Under the pieces are notes generated by a model. That model searched no databases, was not told the DNA's origin, and saw only the letters and a program-made list of their open reading frames with translations. A stretch of DNA of 64,000 bases from Dehalococcoidia bacterium. GTDB lineage: Bacteria; Chloroflexota; Dehalococcoidia; Plut-88900. Below are positions 58,030 through 64,000 of this stretch, one piece after another. The stretch covers positions 576,001 through 640,000 of the forward strand of contig CBDBLV010000005.1 in the NCBI GenBank assembly GCA_965207225.1. The letters are read 5' to 3'. Both the position numbers and the translations under genes were made by a program. Position 1 is the first letter of the stretch, and each line of letters opens with the position of its first letter.

Positions 58030-58290
58030 GTGGTGGGGCCGCTCACCCTGAGCCACGTAGAAGCATGTTCTGCACCCCGTCCAAGGGGATCGAGCTGGGA
58101 GTAGCCCACCCGTCTCCCGATTGCCTGTCATCCCGAGTCCCGAGAACAATCCAGGGAAGGCCGTTCCCTCCCCCAGTATTGAACTAGAGGCTGACGTTGA
58201 CGCTTCAGCGTCAACGTCAGCCTCTGTTCTTCTCTCCCCCTCTCCCTTACAGGCCCTAAGGAAGAGGGGGGCAAGGGGGTGAGGGTTCCC
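58030..58290. repeat. Cluster of REP-like palindromic elements between convergent genes
   Basis: Perfect 19-bp IR at 58186-58225 (AGAGGCTGACGTTGACGCT-TC-AGCGTCAACGTCAGCCTCT); CCCCCTCTCCCT..GAAGAGGGGG hairpin; TGTCATCCCGA motif also at ~60229. Confidence 0.6.
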
Positions 58291-58297
58291 TAACCTC

Positions 58298-59140
58298 CTA
58301 CAGCACCTGCCACACCCGCTTCCCCTCCAGCCTCACAATCCGCCCGAATCCCGGCGCCGGGAAATGTCCCGCCGCCATCTTCAGGCCCTTATCCTCCACC
58401 ATCTTCATCACCGACTCCCGCGTCTCCCGCGCCACCTCGTGATCGCAGTCCGCCATCACCTTCCACCCCGTCTCATGCACCTGTCTCGGATGGTGCGCCA
58501 CGTCCCCCAGGATCAGCCCCTGCTCCCCCTGCGACGTTATCAACAGGCTCATGTGTCCCGGCGTATGCCCCGGCGTGAGTATCGCCGTGATCTCATCGGT
58601 TATCACCCACTCCTCCCCCGACACCACGTCCAGCTTCCCCATGTCGTGTAGTGGCTCGACTGTTTCCGGTTCATAGTAGTACTTCTCCTTCGCGTCGGGC
58701 TCATTGCGGAAGAAGTCCCAGTCCAACTCATGGGTCACGTATCGGGCACTGGGAAACAGCACCTCCGGCCCATTGCCGTTCCGAGACACGTTCCAGCCCG
58801 TGTGATCGAAGTGAAGATGAGTCATGAACACCATGTCCACTTCGTCCGCCGGCACCTTGTTCGTCCTCATCTCACTGAATAGCGAACCCCACTCCCCATC
58901 GATTCCCTCCCCCGGCACATCCCCCATCCCCGTGTCCACCATCAACGTCTTCCCACCGGACCTGATTAAGAAAGATCCCAAGTTCGTAGAAAACCCCGGC
59001 TCAACCTCCGCCGACACGCACCCGCATCCCCAATTTCTTGCCACTTCATCCCCATACATCTCCCGCACTGGCCCGTCCATGTTCCCGTCCGATAAGGACA
59101 GTACCGTAACGTTCCCTATGGTCATCAAATTGCCAGCCAT
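58298..59140 (-). CDS. MBL-fold metallo-hydrolase (AHL-lactonase/organophosphate hydrolase-like)
   Basis: VDTG, THLHFDH, TPGHTPGH, GDV and AGHFP motifs. Confidence 0.9.
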   Translation of the reverse strand: MAGNLMTIGNVTVLSLSDGNMDGPVREMYGDEVARNWGCGCVSAEVEPGFSTNLGSFLIRSGGKTLMVDTGMGDVPGEGIDGEWGSLFSEMRTNKVPADEVDMVFMTHLHFDHTGWNVSRNGNGPEVLFPSARYVTHELDWDFFRNEPDAKEKYYYEPETVEPLHDMGKLDVVSGEEWVITDEITAILTPGHTPGHMSLLITSQGEQGLILGDVAHHPRQVHETGWKVMADCDHEVARETRESVMKMVEDKGLKMAAGHFPAPGFGRIVRLEGKRVWQVL

Positions 59141-59401
59141 GCCTTTTCCTCCACGTTCAAAGCTCCTCCATTCCCCAACCCACAAAGCCATTTAACTCCG
59201 CCCCCACCCCTTTGTCGAGGGGGCTGTGACATTTTCCCCTTGCCTCTTCACCACTCCATGCAATAACGTAGTCCCCATGACAATGCATCCTCCTCATCCC
59301 CGATTGTCCTGCACTGTCATACCGCACCTCGAAGAGATTTTCTTGCCGAATCAAACATACAGGCATGGGGACAATCGGAAACAATCAACAAAGGAGACTA
59401 A

Positions 59402-60211
59402 ATGCGCACCAAGCAGCTCGGCAATACCGGCGTCCAAATTCCCGAAATAGGCCTCGGCACCTCCCAGTACAACGCAGGCCCCGAGCCTCTCGTACGTGGC
59501 ATAGAGGCCGGCGCAAACCTCATTGACACGGCGTCGCGGTATGGGACGGAAGACGTCGTAGGTGAGGCCGTAAAAGACCGACGAGAGTCAGTAATCGTGG
59601 CAACCAAAGTCTCGGGTGCCACCGTGAAATATGACCAGGTTATCGAATCCGCCAATGAGAGCCTCGTCAGGCTCGGCATCGAACAGATTGACCTGTTCCA
59701 GGTTCACTGGCAGGACCCCAATGTCCCAATCAGGGAGACCATGAGCGCCTTGGAGACCCTCGTTGACGAAGGCAAAATCCGCTACATCGGCGTAAGCAAC
59801 TATACCGCCGACCAGATGAAGGAAGCCCAGGACTGCCTGAAGAACAACCCCCTCGTCTCCAACCAGGTCCTTTACAACCTCGCCGACCGCGAGATAGAAG
59901 ACGAAGTCCTGCCCTACTGTCAGGAAAACGGCATCACCGTCCTTGCCTTCAGCCCCCTCGCTCAGGGTAGGCTGGCCTCCCTCTCCTTCTTCTGGCGCAC
60001 CAACGCCATGAACACCCTCCGCCGCATAGCGGCCGAGCTGGGAAAGACCAGCGCCCAGGTCGCCCTCAACTGGTGCGTCTCCCGACCGAACGTAGTGCCC
60101 ATACCCAAGTCCAGCCAGGAGGCCCGGGTCCTTGAGTTCTGTGCCTCCTCCGGCTGGGACCTCACCCCCGACCACGTCGCAGAGCTAGACCGCGTCTTCG
60201 TCCGCTACTAG
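59402..60211 (+). CDS. Aldo/keto reductase
   Basis: IGLGT, IDTASRYG, IVATK, QVHW, IGVSN and PIPKS motifs. Confidence 0.93.
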   Translation: MRTKQLGNTGVQIPEIGLGTSQYNAGPEPLVRGIEAGANLIDTASRYGTEDVVGEAVKDRRESVIVATKVSGATVKYDQVIESANESLVRLGIEQIDLFQVHWQDPNVPIRETMSALETLVDEGKIRYIGVSNYTADQMKEAQDCLKNNPLVSNQVLYNLADREIEDEVLPYCQENGITVLAFSPLAQGRLASLSFFWRTNAMNTLRRIAAELGKTSAQVALNWCVSRPNVVPIPKSSQEARVLEFCASSGWDLTPDHVAELDRVFVRY

Positions 60212-60301
60212 CCCGGCTCATTCCCAAGTGTCATCCCGATGCTCCGCGAGGGACATGGGGTGGGATCCCCTCCGCACTGCACAAGGAGCCTCAAGTACAC
60301 A

Positions 60302-61921
60302 TCAGGGACTCGGAGAACTGCCCCGAACCTTCCTCCAACCTCGCATTCGGCTCCCATACCGCCTGAACACTACCAACACCCCAACTCCCATCAATATAAC
60401 CGGACTGAATATTCCCAACCAGATCAGCACCCACAACGCCACCTTTGCCACCGTCGTCAGCCCCCTCACTGCCGTTTTTGCCGTCTCTCCGACATCCCAG
60501 CCACCCACCGCAAATCCCTCCACCTCCGTAACGAAGACTTCGAATGAACTGGTTGAGCTCACCCGACCCACCTCGCTCATCGCACTCACCGTCACAGTAA
60601 CCTCATACGGTCTCGGCCTGAAGTCGGAGTATTCGTGCGCCGCTGCAATCCTGCTCTCCCCATCCTCCACGCTGCCCGACTCCGTGGGAGACCCGTCCCC
60701 GAAGTCCCACTGGTACTCGAAGTCCCACAGGTCAGCAGGCCTCGTGAAGCTCGCCGAGTATTCCGCTTCATCCCCTTCCTCTACCGTCTGGTTATCCCCG
60801 GCAAACACCTCGATTGTCGGCACCTCCTTCACCTCGACTTCCATCGACGCCGACCCCTCCACAATCCCCTCCTCCCCGACACCCGTCAGGTCCACCCTTA
60901 CGATGTACGGCGAGTCCCGGTCATCCTCGTATACATGCGTCACGGTAGCGGTCAGACGGGTCCCGTCGGGTCTCAAAGTGCTCCCCTTCCCGGCAGTTGA
61001 TGTCCCATCCCCGAAGTCCCACACGAACGCGAACTCATCTATCCCCTCCGGCGCCGTGAAAGATGCCCGGAACCGCCCCACCTCCCCCACCCTCAGCGAC
61101 ACATCCTCGGCCGGGTCCACTTCTATCTCCACAGGCGAGACCCGCATGCTCACCTCGATCAACGAAAACGCCGAGGTCTGCCTCAGGTAGTTGATCCTCC
61201 CCTGCATCCCCTCGATCCGCTCCTCCAGCCTCGAAAGCTCCTGCTGCACCAGCAGCGCATCTTCCACTTCCTCCGCCTGCTCCAGGAACGTTAGCAGCCG
61301 GTTCCGGGTCGCCCTGAGGCTGACCAACCTGGACTCAACATCGACGTACTCATCCGTAACGTCCTGGCTCGTAACACTCTGCGACTCCACCTCCAGCCCA
61401 AGCCCCTCAATTCTGCCCAGCGCCTCATCCAACGATGCCGCCGGCACCCGTATTGCCACCGACCCCGTGTGCCGCGACGTCCGGTCGGAGCTTACCGTCC
61501 AACCGCCCAACTCTGATGCGATACCGGTGACCCGGTCTACCGACTCCCCGACCTCCTCCACCACCAATGACATCCGGGCCGTATGCACGATGATCCGGTT
61601 CTGGGCATAGGAGGCCAACTCTACTGCCAACTCAGCCCCGTCTTCCCCGCTATCCAGGCTGTCGTCCACAAAGCCCTCGGATGCCGCTGCTTCCTCCTCC
61701 ATCTCCATGGCATCATCAGCGTCCATCATAATCGCCGGCTCCGGGACGGACTCCTCCATCGCGCCCGAGTCCGCCCTGTCTGACAACATCGCCAATTCTT
61801 CCGTCTCTTCTGACGTAGAAGCCCACTCCCATTCCCCGGATTCCGACGTCCCGCACGCTGATGCCAAGGCCACCACTGCCACCGCCGCCAACGCTAATAT
61901 CACCCGGACCAGTCTATTCAT
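60302..61921 (-). CDS. DUF4349 lipoprotein with two PKD domains and a C-terminal TM
   Basis: Lipobox LASAC; RIIVHTA..IRVPA..SQDVTDEYVD (DUF4349); two WDFGDG motifs; TM followed by a basic tail. Confidence 0.85.
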   Translation of the reverse strand: MNRLVRVILALAAVAVVALASACGTSESGEWEWASTSEETEELAMLSDRADSGAMEESVPEPAIMMDADDAMEMEEEAAASEGFVDDSLDSGEDGAELAVELASYAQNRIIVHTARMSLVVEEVGESVDRVTGIASELGGWTVSSDRTSRHTGSVAIRVPAASLDEALGRIEGLGLEVESQSVTSQDVTDEYVDVESRLVSLRATRNRLLTFLEQAEEVEDALLVQQELSRLEERIEGMQGRINYLRQTSAFSLIEVSMRVSPVEIEVDPAEDVSLRVGEVGRFRASFTAPEGIDEFAFVWDFGDGTSTAGKGSTLRPDGTRLTATVTHVYEDDRDSPYIVRVDLTGVGEEGIVEGSASMEVEVKEVPTIEVFAGDNQTVEEGDEAEYSASFTRPADLWDFEYQWDFGDGSPTESGSVEDGESRIAAAHEYSDFRPRPYEVTVTVSAMSEVGRVSSTSSFEVFVTEVEGFAVGGWDVGETAKTAVRGLTTVAKVALWVLIWLGIFSPVILMGVGVLVVFRRYGSRMRGWRKVRGSSPSP

Positions 61922-62096
61922 ATGCAAGACTCACCTCCGACGATACTGTCCCTCATGCCAATCATAACGTCTCACCCTCCCGAAATGTTCCTGACCTCGC
62001 TGCCCTGCCTAAATGTCATTCCTATGTGACCCGCGGGGCATCTGGGGAGGGGCCCGGCGCCGAATCACACTTTTGTTCCTCGCACCTCGGTTCGTA

Positions 62097-63984
62097 CCCA
62101 AATCCACCGCCTAAAGGTAGGAATCTGATTTTCTGACCTTTCGGTTGGGCCGGTGGGGGCGTCGATTGGCTACTGACAGGGTTAGCAGTGGTTTGGCGGG
62201 GCCGATGGTGGACGTATGAGGGTCTTGGGGTGCTGCTTTACGATGTTTTGCGTCGATTTTGAGCCGTTTGGCCTCGTAGGAGGACGCAGCGTCCCTACGA
62301 CGGTTATCCACGTCGCTTGACCGATAGGCTGTGGCGCGGACCGTCTCAGATTCAGGGAGGGCCGTGAGCCAGCGCCGCTATTCTCCGGTGTGCCCCGACC
62401 AGCAGCGGGAACGATGGATGACCTCGCGCCAGTCGGATCAGCAGCTTCCTGGCATGGTAGACCACTCGACCGGCAAGGTCGATCAGAGCGAAGCGCACCG
62501 CCTTGAGCCGCTTGGTCACCCACTCATCACCCAGCGCCAACTGCTTGACCGCCGAGTTCAGGTTGAACGCCAGCACCGTTATCGCCCACCACGCTGCGTT
62601 GGCTCCGAACTGTCCCGACGGCAGTCTCCCGCCCGCCAGGTCCTCCTTCAGCACACTATGGACCTCCTCGCCTTTCCCGCATCTCTCACGGTACCACCGC
62701 ACAACCTCGTCTCCCGGAAGCTCCCGGTTCGTCACTATCCCGCTGATCTTGTACCAGCCGTGGTTCGGCATCTGCATGACCGGAACCGACAGCTCAAACT
62801 CACTCTCCATGCCCGGTAGCGGCGGTCGCCTCAGAGGTTCTCTGACGGCTATGAAACGGTAGGCGGGACCCTCCTTGTAGCGACCTAATCGACTGGACAT
62901 GAAGCCCACCTCGGCCCACTCCTGCCCCGTCTCCACCTCGAACTCCCCCATCATCCGGGGCAACTGACGCCACTCGCTCTCTTCCACCAGCGCCGCCTCA
63001 TGCTTGAACTCGTCCGTGACGCGTACCCCAATCGCGAACTCGATCACTCCGAACCGTTCGTCTCTCCCCTCGGCGCAGTACTCCAGAAGATCGTTCTGGT
63101 AGCCTGCCGTGTCGGACCGCAGCATCACCCGCTCCACTCCCTCGGGTACGCACTCCAACGCGTCTCGCAACACTCGTAGCTGCTCAAATCCCGCAGGAAC
63201 GTTGCCGTCTCTGAACTCCGAGTGGACGACCAGGTCCGCCTCGGCCCAGTATGTCGTTAGCGGCTGATAGGCTTTGAATCCCTTGTAGCAGTAGAGCGCC
63301 TCCTGCTTGTGAGTCTCGACCAGCGTCGCGTCCATATCCAGTGTCGCCTGCCTATGCCCGACGTGGCCCTGGACAAAGCCCACCATCTCGGCGTTGACCT
63401 TCCCAAGTCCGTCCAGCGCGTCGTTGGCCTGGGGTATGAACGCCGTATGAGGCTGCCTCGCCTCCTCCTGGGATGCGTCGTGGAACTGGCTCAGATACCG
63501 GAACACCGCCGATGGAGACGGCACATAGCGGTGTCGGTCACGCCGCCACCGGTTGCGCACCGCCCTGCGCTCCGAAGCTCGCTGCCGGTGGGTCTCCACC
63601 CTTCCCAACATCCGGCCAAGGCCCTCGTCCGCCTCCAGCACGCGAAGGTCGTCCACCCCTTCGCCGCCCGCCAGGTTCAACAGCGTCAGTGAGGTGACCA
63701 TCTGACGGTCCGTCCAACCCTGGCCTCCCTCTCTGACCCTCACGTGGCGTCTGATCGACTCGCCAAGGCCGATTGCCTCGGCCATCTCCAGGTAGACTGC
63801 CAACCCCGATAGCGCCGTCATGCCCCCGATGCGGTTCTCTGCCCTGTACTGGAACGGTAGGACTCCATGTTGCATAATAACTGCACCTCGTTGGTGATGG
63901 TTTGGGATTGTCACTTACCATCTTAGTCAGCTTTGCAGCCGACTCCAACGAGGTATTCTCATTCAATTAGGCGGTGGATTTGGG
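62097..63984 (-). mobile_element. Complete IS1380-family insertion sequence (1888 bp)
   Basis: 18-bp perfect IRs CCCAAATCCACCGCCTAA (62097-62114 and 63967-63984); TCGTA direct repeats at 62092-62096 and 63985-63989. Confidence 0.92.
62352..63875 (-). CDS. IS1380-family DDE transposase
   Basis: TLDMDAT, YQPL, FRDGNVPA, LRSDTAGY, YRERCGKGEEVHSVLKED and LPSGQFGAN motifs. Confidence 0.9.
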   Translation of the reverse strand: MQHGVLPFQYRAENRIGGMTALSGLAVYLEMAEAIGLGESIRRHVRVREGGQGWTDRQMVTSLTLLNLAGGEGVDDLRVLEADEGLGRMLGRVETHRQRASERRAVRNRWRRDRHRYVPSPSAVFRYLSQFHDASQEEARQPHTAFIPQANDALDGLGKVNAEMVGFVQGHVGHRQATLDMDATLVETHKQEALYCYKGFKAYQPLTTYWAEADLVVHSEFRDGNVPAGFEQLRVLRDALECVPEGVERVMLRSDTAGYQNDLLEYCAEGRDERFGVIEFAIGVRVTDEFKHEAALVEESEWRQLPRMMGEFEVETGQEWAEVGFMSSRLGRYKEGPAYRFIAVREPLRRPPLPGMESEFELSVPVMQMPNHGWYKISGIVTNRELPGDEVVRWYRERCGKGEEVHSVLKEDLAGGRLPSGQFGANAAWWAITVLAFNLNSAVKQLALGDEWVTKRLKAVRFALIDLAGRVVYHARKLLIRLARGHPSFPLLVGAHRRIAALAHGPP

Positions 63985-64000
63985 TCGTACCAGGGCAATT

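Overview
This is a GC-rich bacterial chromosome segment. Its gene content fits Chloroflexota/Dehalococcoidia (SAR202-like, possibly host-associated), which is inference from the FtsK insertion, fused AccD-AccA, and expanded amidohydrolase, CoA-transferase, LLM and SDR paralogs. From left to right it holds: (1) core and catabolic genes (ftsK, accDA, mrp, uvrB, a CoA-transferase/MaoC operon); (2) a decayed integrative element at tRNA-Gln whose large serine recombinase reads antisense through the tRNA, with an ImmA/ImmR-like switch, followed by a FitA antitoxin and a dead PIN toxin; (3) a ~24 kb island between convergent tRNA-Asn and tRNA-Thr; (4) an amidohydrolase-rich catabolic region; (5) a complete IS1380 with 18-bp IRs and a 5-bp target duplication. 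The island is the most notable part. It encodes three giant secreted cadherin/FN3 proteins that all end in the same EF-hand/dockerin-like tail, two membrane-anchored proteins each with three tandem cohesin-like beta-domains, and two copies of a divergent ureABC with no accessory genes. The best candidate for an undescribed system is a cellulosome-like (dockerin/cohesin-type) adhesin display scaffold, genetically linked to an atypical urease. All calls were made by eye; no searches were run.
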